Shown here: one piece after another, positions 19,406-29,266 of the stretch
How the letters are laid out: each line of letters starts with the position of its first letter
Numbering within the stretch: the first letter of the stretch is position 1
DNA from: Candidatus Tectimicrobiota bacterium
GTDB taxonomy: Bacteria; JACPUC01
Reading direction: 5' to 3'
Length of the DNA: 64,000 bases
NCBI GenBank assembly: GCA_016192455.1
Contig: JACPUC010000011.1
Location: 124,001-188,000, forward strand
The notes under the pieces: generated by a model
What the model was told of the DNA's origin: nothing
The model's input: the letters and a program-made list of their open reading frames with translations, nothing else
Databases searched by the model: none
Program-made: the position numbers and the translations under genes

Positions 19406-20428
19406 ATGGTTCGGATACAGCGCATCGGGGTGATCTTCTTCGTGGTCGTTTTCATCCTTGCGGCCGGGCTTGCCGCCCAGGCCGAGCCCCTCAAGATCAG
19501 GGTCGGCTGGGTGACCACTCCCTCGAATCCGTTGCCGCTCGTCTGGCAGAAAACGGACATCATGAAGTACTACGGCAAGACCTACACCGTCGAGCTGACG
19601 GCCTTCAAAGGCACGCCCCTCGTCATGCAGGCGTTCGCCGCCAAGGCCCTCGATGTGGGCACCCTCAGCTACGCCGCCCTCGCCAACGCCATCACCCGCC
19701 AGAACATGGACCTGCGCATCCTGGCTGACGGCGTGCAGGATGGTCCGGGCGGGCACTTCACCACGCAGTACGTAGTCCTCGCCGACTCGCCGATCAAGAA
19801 AGCCCAGGACCTGAAGGGCAAGACCATCGCCACGAACGCTCAGGGGGCGGCGCTGCACCTCGCCCACCGCGTCTTCCTGGGCAAGCTGGGCATGAAGGAT
19901 CAGCGCGACTACACCACCGTGGAGGTGAGTTTCCCGGCGATGGCCACCTTCCTGAAGGAACGCAAGGTCGATGTGGTGCCGCTCATCATGCCGTTTTACG
20001 CCTTGGCGAAGAAGAGCGGCCTCAACTTCCGCACCATCTTCACCGTCCGCGAAGGCCAGGGGGACCTGCAGATCAGCTTCACCGCCGCGCGCGGCGACTT
20101 CCTCGACCAGAACCAGGCCGCGGTGCGCGACTTCATGACCGACTACCTGCGCGGCCACCGCTGGCTCTTTGATCCCAAGAACCGCAGTGAGATGTTGGAG
20201 CTGGTGGCGAAGTTCACCAAGCGACCGGTGAAAGCGTACGAGGACTGGCTCTACACCAAGGAGGACTACTACCACGACCCCAACGGCATCCCGAACATGA
20301 AAGCGCTGCAGAACAATATCAATCAGCTCTTCGATCTCGGAGAGCTCCCGGCGAAGCTCGACGTGAGCAAGCATGCCGCGCTCTCGCTCCTCGACATGGC
20401 GGCGAAACGCATCGCGGCCGGGGAGTGA
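19406..20428 (+). CDS. ABC transporter substrate-binding protein (SsuA/TauA/NMT1-like)
   Basis: Signal peptide ending AAQA-EP; KIRVGW, ALDVG, DSPIKKAQDLKGKTIATN; no permease or ATPase in window. Confidence 0.88.
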   Translation: MVRIQRIGVIFFVVVFILAAGLAAQAEPLKIRVGWVTTPSNPLPLVWQKTDIMKYYGKTYTVELTAFKGTPLVMQAFAAKALDVGTLSYAALANAITRQNMDLRILADGVQDGPGGHFTTQYVVLADSPIKKAQDLKGKTIATNAQGAALHLAHRVFLGKLGMKDQRDYTTVEVSFPAMATFLKERKVDVVPLIMPFYALAKKSGLNFRTIFTVREGQGDLQISFTAARGDFLDQNQAAVRDFMTDYLRGHRWLFDPKNRSEMLELVAKFTKRPVKAYEDWLYTKEDYYHDPNGIPNMKALQNNINQLFDLGELPAKLDVSKHAALSLLDMAAKRIAAGE

Positions 20429-20683
20429 GGCGGCTGCCGAGCCCATCCCAGCGGGCGCCCGCCGCAAGAGGCGCCGCCCGCGCCAGGGGCGGTCCGCGGC
20501 GGCTGGCTTGAACTGCCCTCCAACGCTGGGGTACAGCTCGCTTTCGGCGCGTGATGTGGGGCGAGAGGTTCCGCCGCCGGGCGCTCCTCGGTCCAGGCCG
20601 TCCCCACCGTGTGCTCGCGGCGCCCGGAACGCGCGCCCGCCAGTCCAGGCCTTCACCAGGAAGGCTCCAGAGAAGGGAGTGTC

Positions 20684-22099
20684 ATGGCCAAGGACCTTCG
20701 CGACTTCCTGGCATTGCTCGAGAAGCGTGACCGGGGCGAGCTCGTGCGCATCTCGCGCGAGGTCGATCCGATCCACGAAGTTCCGGTGATCCAGCAAAAG
20801 CTCGCCGCCGCCGGGGCATACCCCGTCCTCTATTTCGAGCACATCCGCGGCTCGCAGATTCCCCTGGTGACCAACCTGTGGGGGAGCTACGACCTTCTCG
20901 GTCTGGCGTTGGACGTCACCGAGCCGAAGAGCAAGGCGGAGATTCTCTTCGAGTACATGCGCCGCGAGGACGCCGCGCGGCCCGTGAAGGAGGTGCCGGC
21001 GAGCCAGGCGCCCGTCAAGCAGGTCATCCTGAAAGGCCGCGAGGTGGACCTCTCCCTCCTGCCGATCACCAAGCACGCCGAGAAGGACGCCGGGCGCTAC
21101 ATCGTGGTGGGTGGCCTGGTCACCCGCGATCCGCAGACGGGCATCCTCAATGTCGGCATGTACCGCCACGAGGTGCGCGAGAACCGCGCCATCCTCTGCA
21201 TGATGAACCCCGCCCACCACGGCGCCTACATCTACCGGCGCCACAAGGAGATGCGCAAACCGATGGAGGTGGCTCTGTTCATCGGCTACCATCCCGCCGT
21301 GGGCATCGGCATGCTGTCGCGCGGGCCGATCGAGATGAACGAGTACGAGGTGATGGGCGGCCTCCTCGGCGAGCCCCTCGAGGTGGTGCGCGCGGAGACC
21401 GTGGACCTGCCGGTGCCGGCGCGCTCGGAGATCGTCATCGAAGGGACGATCAATTTCGCCAAGGAGACGCTGGACGGCCCCTTCGCCGAGTACACCGGCT
21501 ACTACGGGCACAAGGCGCCGTCGGCCTGGCTCGACGTGAGCTGCGTCAGCATGCGCCGGGACGCCATTTACCACGACCTCGATCCGGCCCATCGCGAGCA
21601 CAACTTCGCCGGCGTCCTCTGCGAGGAGTCCGCCATCTACCGCCAGGTGAAGAACGTCGTCCCCTCGGTGCGCGCCGTGCACCTGCCGGTGTCGGGCCGC
21701 TGCCTCTACCACATCTACGTCTCCATCAGCAAGCGCCTGCAAGGGGAGGGGAAGATGGCCGGTCTGGCGGCCATCTCCGCCGCGGTCAACGCCAAGCACG
21801 TCTTCGTCGTCGATGACGACGTGGACATCTACAACGACGAGGAGGTCCTGTGGGCCGTGGCCACGCGGCTGGAGGCGGACATCGGCCTCAGCACCATCAG
21901 CCACTGCACCGGCGCCCACCTCGATCCCTCCGCCTATGGCGAGAAGCGCTTCGAGCGCGGCCACATGACCACGAAGATGATCGTCGACGCCACCCGCCCC
22001 GCCACGCTTCCCTTCTCCGAGCGCATCACCCCGCCGGCCGACGTCTGGGCCCGCATCAAGCTCGAGGACTACATCGAGGGCTGGACTCCGCGGAACTGA
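20684..22099 (+). CDS. UbiD-family prFMN-dependent (de)carboxylase
   Basis: DLRDFLALLEK, DAGRYI, NVGMYR, SEIVIEG, DGPFAEYTGYY, VVDDDVDIYN..EVLWAVATR, KMIVDATRP. Confidence 0.93.
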   Translation: MAKDLRDFLALLEKRDRGELVRISREVDPIHEVPVIQQKLAAAGAYPVLYFEHIRGSQIPLVTNLWGSYDLLGLALDVTEPKSKAEILFEYMRREDAARPVKEVPASQAPVKQVILKGREVDLSLLPITKHAEKDAGRYIVVGGLVTRDPQTGILNVGMYRHEVRENRAILCMMNPAHHGAYIYRRHKEMRKPMEVALFIGYHPAVGIGMLSRGPIEMNEYEVMGGLLGEPLEVVRAETVDLPVPARSEIVIEGTINFAKETLDGPFAEYTGYYGHKAPSAWLDVSCVSMRRDAIYHDLDPAHREHNFAGVLCEESAIYRQVKNVVPSVRAVHLPVSGRCLYHIYVSISKRLQGEGKMAGLAAISAAVNAKHVFVVDDDVDIYNDEEVLWAVATRLEADIGLSTISHCTGAHLDPSAYGEKRFERGHMTTKMIVDATRPATLPFSERITPPADVWARIKLEDYIEGWTPRN

Positions 22100-22205
22100 T
22101 CGCTACCCCGCAAGGAGTCGAGCGACCTCGCCGCGGGGAGAGGGAAAACGGCTGGGGAGATGCCACCTGGGGTTCAGTGATCCCCCTCCCGGAGCGCCGG
22201 GACCT

Positions 22206-22580
22206 TGTGGGAGGAGAGGCATCTTGCCTGTCGAGGGCAGAACCACAGATGAACACCGATAAACGCTGATGTTCGTCTGAATCCGTGTTCATCAGTGGTT
22301 CACCCTTCCTCCGCGCCCTCCGCGCCTCGGCGGTGCAATCCATGTAAACGCGGAGGCGCAGAGACCGCAGAGATGGGAGGCCAGTTTTCCAGCCTGTCGA
22401 CCGTAGGGGCGGTTCGCGAACCGCCCCTACATCGGCATGCAAGGAACCACGGATGAACACTGATGGACACTGATATCCGTGTGAATCCGTGTTCATCAGT
22501 GGTTCACTCTTCCTCCGCGTCCTCCGCGCCTCGGCGGTGCAATCCATGTAACCGCGGAGGCGCAGGAAGTGCAGAGGTGA
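22206..22580. repeat. Composite intergenic repeat: two ~135-bp double-hairpin units around a perfect REP palindrome
   Basis: Unit 1 starts 22240, unit 2 starts 22444 (GAACCAC.GATGAACAC...GTGTTCATCAGTGGTTC plus CTCCGCGCCTCGGCGGT...CGCGGAGGCGCAG); 28-bp perfect palindrome GTAGGGGCGGTTCGCGAACCGCCCCTAC at 22403-22430. Confidence 0.85.
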
Positions 22581-22684
22581 AAGAGACCTGCCGCGCGAAC
22601 GTCAACCTCACGATCACGTGAAATCAACTACGTAGAGGTTCCTTTTCCCAAGCAGGCATCGGAACCGACCAGTGAGCGCGCCGC

Positions 22685-23599
22685 ATGCTGCGAGCCTTCA
22701 CCTATCACCAGCCGGTCACGGTGCAGGAAGCCTGCGAGCTGCTGGCTTACTACGAAGGCAACGTCCGCCCCTACGCGGGGGGAACCTCGCTCCTCACCCT
22801 CATGAAGCAGGGCCTCTTTCACGTTGAGAACCTCGTCAACTTGAAGCGCCTCGCCGATCTCCGCACGATCGAGAAGGAGGGTGACGGCACCCTCACCATC
22901 GGCGCCCTCGTCACCCACCGCGCCCTCGAGCTCTCGCCCCTCATCCACGAGTATCTCCCCCTTCTCTCTGAGGTGGAGCATGAGCTGGCGAACGTGCGGG
23001 TGCGCGCCGCCGGCACCATCGGCGGCAGCCTCGCGTTCGCCGAGGCGCAGTCCGACCCGCCCACCGTGCTGGCGGCGCTGGGCGCCGAGGTGCGGCTGCA
23101 GAGCGCGCGCGGCGAGCGCTGGGTGTCGCTGGATGAGTTCTACGTCGATTACTACGAGACCGTGACGGCGCCCGATGAGATTCTCACCCACGTGCGCATC
23201 CCCGCCGCGCCGCCCCGGGGCGGCGCCGCCTACGTGAAGTTCTGCAACCGCGGCCGCTCGGATAAGCCGACCGTCGGCGTCATGGTGGCGTTGATGCGCT
23301 CCATGCCGTCCGGATCGACCACGGCGGCCGAGACGCGCTCCCCGGCACGGAGCGGCTGGGAGGCCTGCATCATGCTGGGCGCCGTGGGCCCGACGCCAAT
23401 CCGGGCGGTGCAGGCCGAAGCCTGCCTCATCGCCGAGGGCCTGACGCCGACGGGCCTGCGCGCCGCCGCCGCGGCGGTGGCCGAGTCGGCCCGGCCGGTC
23501 GATGACCTCTACGGCTCCGCCGCGTACAAGCGCGCCATGGCGCGGGTGATGGCGCGCCGCGCCCTCGAGCGGGCGATGCAGCGCGCCGGCCTGGCGTGA
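22685..23599 (+). CDS. Xanthine dehydrogenase family FAD-binding subunit (CoxM/CutM-like)
   Basis: FTYHQP, YAGGTSL, IGALVT, VRAAGTIGGSL, SDPP, DDLYGSAAYKR. Confidence 0.92.
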   Translation: MLRAFTYHQPVTVQEACELLAYYEGNVRPYAGGTSLLTLMKQGLFHVENLVNLKRLADLRTIEKEGDGTLTIGALVTHRALELSPLIHEYLPLLSEVEHELANVRVRAAGTIGGSLAFAEAQSDPPTVLAALGAEVRLQSARGERWVSLDEFYVDYYETVTAPDEILTHVRIPAAPPRGGAAYVKFCNRGRSDKPTVGVMVALMRSMPSGSTTAAETRSPARSGWEACIMLGAVGPTPIRAVQAEACLIAEGLTPTGLRAAAAAVAESARPVDDLYGSAAYKRAMARVMARRALERAMQRAGLA

Positions 23600-23722
23600 G
23601 CCGTGGCCTCGGCGGCGCCGGCAGACGACCGCGGCGCTCCGCCAAGCCGCGGCGGTCGAAGGCCGGTCCTTGAAGATCGGCTGCCGAGCCTCCGTCGTTA
23701 ACCCACGGGAGGGGGAGGAGAA

Positions 23723-24226
23723 ATGGTGCTGGACGCCGCCGCGGCCATGCCGCTGCGCCTGACCGTCAATGATGCGCCTCTGGAACTGCAGGTGCCGCCG
23801 CAGGAGCTGCTTCTCGACACCCTGCGCGAGCGCCTCGGCCTGACGGGGGCGAAGCGGGCCTGCGACCTCCAGGTGTGCGGCGCCTGCACCGTCCTCGTCG
23901 ACGAGCAGCCGGTGAGCGCCTGCACCTACCTCAGCGTCGATGCCGACGGCTGCCGGGTGGAGACGATCGAGGGGCTGGCGGCGGAGGGCCGGTTGCACCC
24001 GCTGCAGCGGGCCTTCGTCGAGCACGGCGCGGTGCAGTGCGGGTACTGCACGCCGGGCATGATCATGATGGCGAAGTCGCTCCTTGCGGCGCTTCCCTCG
24101 GACGCGGACGATGAGCAGATTCGCCTCTACCTCCTCGGCAACCTCTGCCGCTGCACGGGGTACGCGAAAATTCTGGACGCCGTTCGCGCCGTTCTGCGCC
24201 AGGGCCAAACCGGGAGCGCGGCATGA
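23723..24226 (+). CDS. Xanthine dehydrogenase family 2x[2Fe-2S] subunit
   Basis: [16 protein letters not shown]...[25 protein letters not shown]. Confidence 0.95.
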   Translation: MVLDAAAAMPLRLTVNDAPLELQVPPQELLLDTLRERLGLTGAKRACDLQVCGACTVLVDEQPVSACTYLSVDADGCRVETIEGLAAEGRLHPLQRAFVEHGAVQCGYCTPGMIMMAKSLLAALPSDADDEQIRLYLLGNLCRCTGYAKILDAVRAVLRQGQTGSAA

Positions 24227-26583
24227 CTGAGTACGCGGTGGTGGGGCGGAGGCTGCCGAAGCTCGATGCCGTGGCCAAGACGACGGGCGAGACCGTCTAC
24301 CTCGGCGACATGAAGCTGCCGGGGATGCTGCACGGCAAGGTGCTGCGCAGCCCCCTGCCGCATGCCCGCATCGCGCGGCTCGACACCGCCGCGGCGGCGC
24401 GCCTCCCCGGCGTGCGCGCCGTCATCACCGCCGCCGACACGCCGCGGGTGAAGTTCAGCTTCGTCGAGGCCCTGGCCGACAAGTACCTCCTGTGCACCGA
24501 CCGCGTCCGCTTCATCGGCGACGAGGTGGCGGCGGTGGCGGCGATCGACGAGGCGACCGCGCTGCAGGCCCTCGATCTCATCGAGGTGGAGTACGACGAG
24601 TTGCCCTGCGTCTTCGACCCCGAGGCGGCCATGCAGCCGGAGGCCGCGCGCCTGCACAACGGCGCCTCCAACGTCGCCTGGGAGGTGCACCAGGAGTTCG
24701 GCGATCTCGAGCGCGGTTTCGCCGAGGCGGATGAGGTCTTCGAGGACCGCTACGAGACTTCGCGCGTCTGCCACTGCTGCCTGGAGACGCAGGCGGTCAT
24801 CGCCCAGGCGCACCAGGGCGGGCGCCTCGAGGTCTGGGCCGCCACCCAGGCGCCGCACACCCTGAAGCACGAGCTCGATCGCCTCCTGCAGCTCCCGCCG
24901 GGCAGCGTGCGCGTGCACTACCCCCCCATCGGCGGCTCCTTCGGCAACCGCCTGGTGGCGGACATGAAGGCGCCCATCGCCGCCATCCTGTCGCGCCAGA
25001 CCGGCAAGCCGGTGAAGATCGTCAACAGCCGCACCGAGGAGTTCGAGACCGCCCGCACCCGCTACCCCTACCTCGTGACGATGAAGACCGGCGTGCGGCG
25101 CGACGGCCGCATCGTGGCGCGAGCCGCCCGCGTTATCTGCGACAACGGCGCCTACAATGACAAGGGGCCCTCCACCGTCGCCTCGGCGGGGGTGACCTTC
25201 GCGGCCTTCTACAACGTGCCGAACGTGCGCTACGACGGCTACATCGTCTACACGAACAAGCAGCCCGGCACGGGGTTCCGCGGCTTCGGCAACCCGCAGG
25301 TGACGTTCGCCGGCGAGTCGCAGCTCGACATGATCGCCGAGCGCCTGGGGCTTGATCCGCTCGAGCTGCGCCTGCGCAACGCCAACCGCGCTGGCGAGGC
25401 GGCGGCCTCGGGCGCTCGTCCCGGAACGTGCCCGATGGCCGAGTGCCTGCGCCAGGCGGCGGCGAAGATCGGCTGGCAGCGGCGCCGCGAGCTGCCGCCC
25501 AACCGCGGCCTCGGCCTGGCCGCCATGCTGCACACCGGCGCCGGCGCCAGGATGTACGGCTACAACTCCGCCAGCGCCGGCCTCACCGTGGACGAGGAGG
25601 GGAAGGTCACCCTGGTCAGCTCGGTCACCGACGTGGGCCAGGGCGCCCAGACCGTCATGGCGCAGATCGCCGCCGAGGTGCTGGGGATCGGCCTCGACGA
25701 GGTGCGCGTCATCGGCAACGACACCGACCTGACGGCGTATGACCTCGGCGCCTGGGGCAGCCGCACCACCTGGGTGAACGGCCAGGCCGCCAGGGAAGCG
25801 GCGCTGCGGGCCCGCGAGCGCCTGGCACAGAGCGTCGCGGCGTGGCTCGAGGCGGCGCCGGAGGACCTCGAGTTCCAGGGGGGGAAGATCTTCGTGCGCG
25901 GCGCGCCGGACCGCGGCCTTGATTTCGCGCAGGCGGCGCGTCTCACCTACACGAAGCGGGGCGAGCCGATCTCGGAAACGGGGCGGTTCGTGGACGAACT
26001 GGGGCCGACGATGAAGGGCTGGGGCGACGTCTACCCCACCTTCTCCACCGCCTGCCAGGCTGTCGAGGTGGAGGTCGATCCGGAGACGGGGGCCGTGCGC
26101 GTGCTGCAGGCGGTGGCGGTGCACGACATCGGCCAGGCGATCAACCCGATGGCCGCCGAAGGACAGGTGGAGGGCGCCCTGGCGCAGGGCATCGGCTACG
26201 CTCTCATGGAGGAGCTGCTGCTGGACGGCGGCCGCGCCGTCAACCCCACCTTCGCGGATTACAAGATCCCGACCTTCATCGATGTCCCCGACCCTCAGGT
26301 GGTCCTCTACAGCGACCCCGACCCCACCGGCCCCTTCGGCGCCAAGGGCATCGGCGAGCCCGGCCTGGTGCCCACCGCCCCCGCCATCGCCAACGCCATC
26401 TACCACGCCACCGGCGCGCGCCTCCGCAGCCTCCCCATCACCTCCGAGCGCCTCTTCACCGCCATGCGGGAGCAGCCCGCCGCGCCCGGCCCGCGTCGCG
26501 CCGCGGAAACTCCTGAACCCCCTGGCGGCGCATCTCCAGATCAGCGAGCAGACGGGAGTGGTCCCGACAAGCTGCAGCGTTGA
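24223..26583 (+). CDS. Xanthine dehydrogenase family molybdopterin-binding subunit
   Basis: LRSPLPHARI, ATQAPH, IGGSFG, FRGFGNPQ, DVGQG, WGSRT, GQVEG, GAKGIGEPG; ATGA overlap with the FeS subunit. Confidence 0.95.
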   Translation: MTEYAVVGRRLPKLDAVAKTTGETVYLGDMKLPGMLHGKVLRSPLPHARIARLDTAAAARLPGVRAVITAADTPRVKFSFVEALADKYLLCTDRVRFIGDEVAAVAAIDEATALQALDLIEVEYDELPCVFDPEAAMQPEAARLHNGASNVAWEVHQEFGDLERGFAEADEVFEDRYETSRVCHCCLETQAVIAQAHQGGRLEVWAATQAPHTLKHELDRLLQLPPGSVRVHYPPIGGSFGNRLVADMKAPIAAILSRQTGKPVKIVNSRTEEFETARTRYPYLVTMKTGVRRDGRIVARAARVICDNGAYNDKGPSTVASAGVTFAAFYNVPNVRYDGYIVYTNKQPGTGFRGFGNPQVTFAGESQLDMIAERLGLDPLELRLRNANRAGEAAASGARPGTCPMAECLRQAAAKIGWQRRRELPPNRGLGLAAMLHTGAGARMYGYNSASAGLTVDEEGKVTLVSSVTDVGQGAQTVMAQIAAEVLGIGLDEVRVIGNDTDLTAYDLGAWGSRTTWVNGQAAREAALRARERLAQSVAAWLEAAPEDLEFQGGKIFVRGAPDRGLDFAQAARLTYTKRGEPISETGRFVDELGPTMKGWGDVYPTFSTACQAVEVEVDPETGAVRVLQAVAVHDIGQAINPMAAEGQVEGALAQGIGYALMEELLLDGGRAVNPTFADYKIPTFIDVPDPQVVLYSDPDPTGPFGAKGIGEPGLVPTAPAIANAIYHATGARLRSLPITSERLFTAMREQPAAPGPRRAAETPEPPGGASPDQRADGSGPDKLQR

Positions 26584-26865
26584 CACCAAGAGCCCCAGCC
26601 TCTCCGCCAACGTAGTCAGCGACGGCGCGGCCGCGGCGCGAGAGGGTTGTCCTTCGTCCCATCTTCCAAGCCGCCATCAAGAGGGCTCTCCGCGGTTGGT
26701 GGCGGTGCGCGAGCAAGACTCAGAAGATGTTTTCAGGTAGATTCGCGGGACTTTTTGGTGGAAAATGGGCTTCAGCAACCGGCGCGGGATTCCGCAAGGT
26801 TGAACCGGGTGCTGGAGCCGCCGAGGGCGCGCAAAGAGCGGCTGAAGACATCAGGGGGGCTTCGT

Positions 26866-28944
26866 ATGGCGACGGTGACCGGCTCTGACAAGCTGTCAAC
26901 GAGAATCATGCACAGTGTCTGTCCCCACGACTGCCCCGACACCTGCGCCCTGCTGGTGCACGTGCGCGACGGCAAGGTCGTCAAGGTCGAGGGTGATCCC
27001 ACGCATCCGATGACCCAGGGGTTCCTGTGCGCCAAGCTCACCCACTACCCGGAGCGGCTCTACAGCACGGACCGCCTGCTCTACCCCATGCAGCGCGTTG
27101 GACCGAAGGGTGAGGGCCGTTTCGCGCGCGTCTCCTGGGAGGAGGCCATTGCCGCGATCGCGGCGCGCATCAGCCAGGCGGCGGCGCGCTTCGGGCCGGA
27201 ATCGATCCTTCCTTACAGCTACTGCGGCACCGAGGGAGTGCTCGCCAACATGTCGATGGATCGCCGCTTCTTCCATCGCCTGGGGGCGTCGCTGCTCAAC
27301 CGCACAATTTGCGCCGGCGCCGGCAAGGTGGCCTACGATGCCACCATGGGCGAGGCCGTCAGCGTCGACCCGGAGCTGGTGGGCCGCGCCAGGCTGCTCA
27401 TCAACTGGGGTGGCAACCCCCTGAGCACGAGCATCCACTTCATCCCTGCCTGGCGTCAGGCGCGACGCAACGGAGCGGTGACCATCGACATCAACGTGCA
27501 CCGCACGAAGATGAGCGACGAAGCCGACCTCTTCCTGCAACCCCGGCCCGGCACCGACGCGGCGCTGGCCCTTGGCCTCATGCACCTCATCGTGCGGGAT
27601 GGCCTGCACGACGAGGAGTACCTGCGCAGCGCCACCGTGGGGTTCGAGGCGCTGGCGATACGCCTCAAGGACTACCCGCCCGAGCGCGTGACCGCGATCA
27701 CGGGCATTGCCGCCCCGCTGCTTGCGCGGCTGGCGCGCCTCTACGCCACCACGCACCCGGCGCTCATCCGTCTCGGCACCGGTCTGCAACGCCACAGCAA
27801 CGGCGGGGCGACGCACCGCGCCGTGCTGGCGCTGCCCGCTCTCACCGGCGCCTGGCGACACGTCGGCGGCGGCCTCCTCGCCGTCAACTCCGAGGCGGCG
27901 CCGCTCAACCTGGCCGCCTTGCAGCGCCCCGACTTCATGCCGCGACGGCCGCGCACGATCAACATGGTCGAGCTCGGCCGCGTGCTCGCCGAGGCCGAGC
28001 CGCCCGTCAAGGTGCTGGTGGTTTACAACAGCAACCCCCTGGCCGCGGCTCCGAACCAGAACCGTGTCCTCGCCGGCCTGCGACGCGACGACCTCTTCAT
28101 CGCCGTGCACGAACAGTTCATGACCGAGACCGCGCGCTACGCCGATATCCTGCTGCCGGCGACGATGATGGTCGAGCACACGGACCTCTACCGCTCGAAT
28201 CGGCACCAGTACCTGATGCTCGGCGAGCAGGTGGTCGAGCCGCCCGGCGAGTGCAAGAGTAACATGGAGCTGTTCCGCCTCCTGGCGCAGGCCATGGGAT
28301 TCACCGAGGCAGCCTTCAGCGACCGCGATGAAGAACTGATCCGCCAGGCGCTCGCCTCGCCGCAGCCGCGCTTGCGGGGCGTGACGCTGGAACGTCTGCG
28401 GCGGGAGCACTGGGTGAAGATGCCGGTCCCCGCGGCGCCCTATGCCTGCGGCGCACCCCGCACGCCCTCGGGCAAGATCGAGCTCTACGCCGCCTCGCTG
28501 GCCGCCCAGGGGCTCGACCCACTGCCCGCCTACGAACCGCTTGCCGAGGGTGCCGACGGCGCGCCGGAGCTGCAGGCGCGCTTCCCGATTCAGCTCATCA
28601 ACGCCTCCTCGAAGTACTTCTGCAATTCGAGCTTCGCCAACCTCCCCAGCATGCTGCGCAAGGCCAAGCGCCCGGTCATCCAACTCCACCCCGCCGACGC
28701 TGCGGCGCGCGGCATTGCGGACGGCGACCTGGTGCGCGTCTTCAACGAGCGCGGCGCCTGCTACCTGTACGCCGAAGTCGTCGCCCGCACGCAAGCCGGC
28801 GTGGCCATGGCCTTCACGACCTGGTGGAGCGCGCATAGCCCGCGCGGCGCCTCTCTCAACCAGCTCACCAGCGATCGCCTGGCCGACATGGGCGGCGGCG
28901 CAACCTTCTATACCAACTTGGTGCAGATCGAACCTGCCGCATAG
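26866..28944 (+). CDS. Mo-bisPGD (DMSO reductase family) oxidoreductase with N-terminal [4Fe-4S], YoaE/YyaE-like
   Basis: VCPHDCPDTC...GFLCAK cluster motif, RTICAGAG (Cys Mo ligand position), PRPGTDAAL, FMTETARYADILLPA, TPSGKIE; no Tat signal; ATG 26866. Confidence 0.9.
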   Translation: MATVTGSDKLSTRIMHSVCPHDCPDTCALLVHVRDGKVVKVEGDPTHPMTQGFLCAKLTHYPERLYSTDRLLYPMQRVGPKGEGRFARVSWEEAIAAIAARISQAAARFGPESILPYSYCGTEGVLANMSMDRRFFHRLGASLLNRTICAGAGKVAYDATMGEAVSVDPELVGRARLLINWGGNPLSTSIHFIPAWRQARRNGAVTIDINVHRTKMSDEADLFLQPRPGTDAALALGLMHLIVRDGLHDEEYLRSATVGFEALAIRLKDYPPERVTAITGIAAPLLARLARLYATTHPALIRLGTGLQRHSNGGATHRAVLALPALTGAWRHVGGGLLAVNSEAAPLNLAALQRPDFMPRRPRTINMVELGRVLAEAEPPVKVLVVYNSNPLAAAPNQNRVLAGLRRDDLFIAVHEQFMTETARYADILLPATMMVEHTDLYRSNRHQYLMLGEQVVEPPGECKSNMELFRLLAQAMGFTEAAFSDRDEELIRQALASPQPRLRGVTLERLRREHWVKMPVPAAPYACGAPRTPSGKIELYAASLAAQGLDPLPAYEPLAEGADGAPELQARFPIQLINASSKYFCNSSFANLPSMLRKAKRPVIQLHPADAAARGIADGDLVRVFNERGACYLYAEVVARTQAGVAMAFTTWWSAHSPRGASLNQLTSDRLADMGGGATFYTNLVQIEPAA

Positions 28945-29266
28945 GTGACCCGCAGACGCAGTACGGCTGGCCGACAGCCGCAGGCGGCCGAGCTGAGCCA
29001 ACCCCGGACGGTGCGACGATCTTTGCGGGTTTCATTTCGAAAAACATTTGATTTCAATTGGTTGCGGGAATACGGCGGGAGTCTGCACTGCAGCTCCTCG
29101 GTTGTGGCGGGCTCCTTTCGGGCAGGCGGGCGTGGGTGGAGAGTGGGGTGGGTGGGGAGATGGGCTCCTCCCGCCAGGTGCCGGCGTCCGCATTGGCAAC
29201 GGTCATTCCGAAGCGAAGCGCGCGGCACGCGCCGCGATCAGGCGCCGGCGCTGCCGGAAGCGGGGT

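Noticed and set aside
22240-22580. Possible CRISPR array
   Set aside because: Only two long (~135-bp) self-complementary units, no regular repeat-spacer period and no cas genes.
22685-26583. Aerobic CO dehydrogenase or 4-hydroxybenzoyl-CoA reductase
   Set aside because: Mo subunit has GFRGFG rather than AYxCSFR; FAD subunit lacks the Cys-rich [4Fe-4S] insertion of HcrB.
26866-28944. Selenocysteine-containing formate dehydrogenase
   Set aside because: No in-frame TGA; the ligand position is Cys in RTICAG without the following His of FDH.
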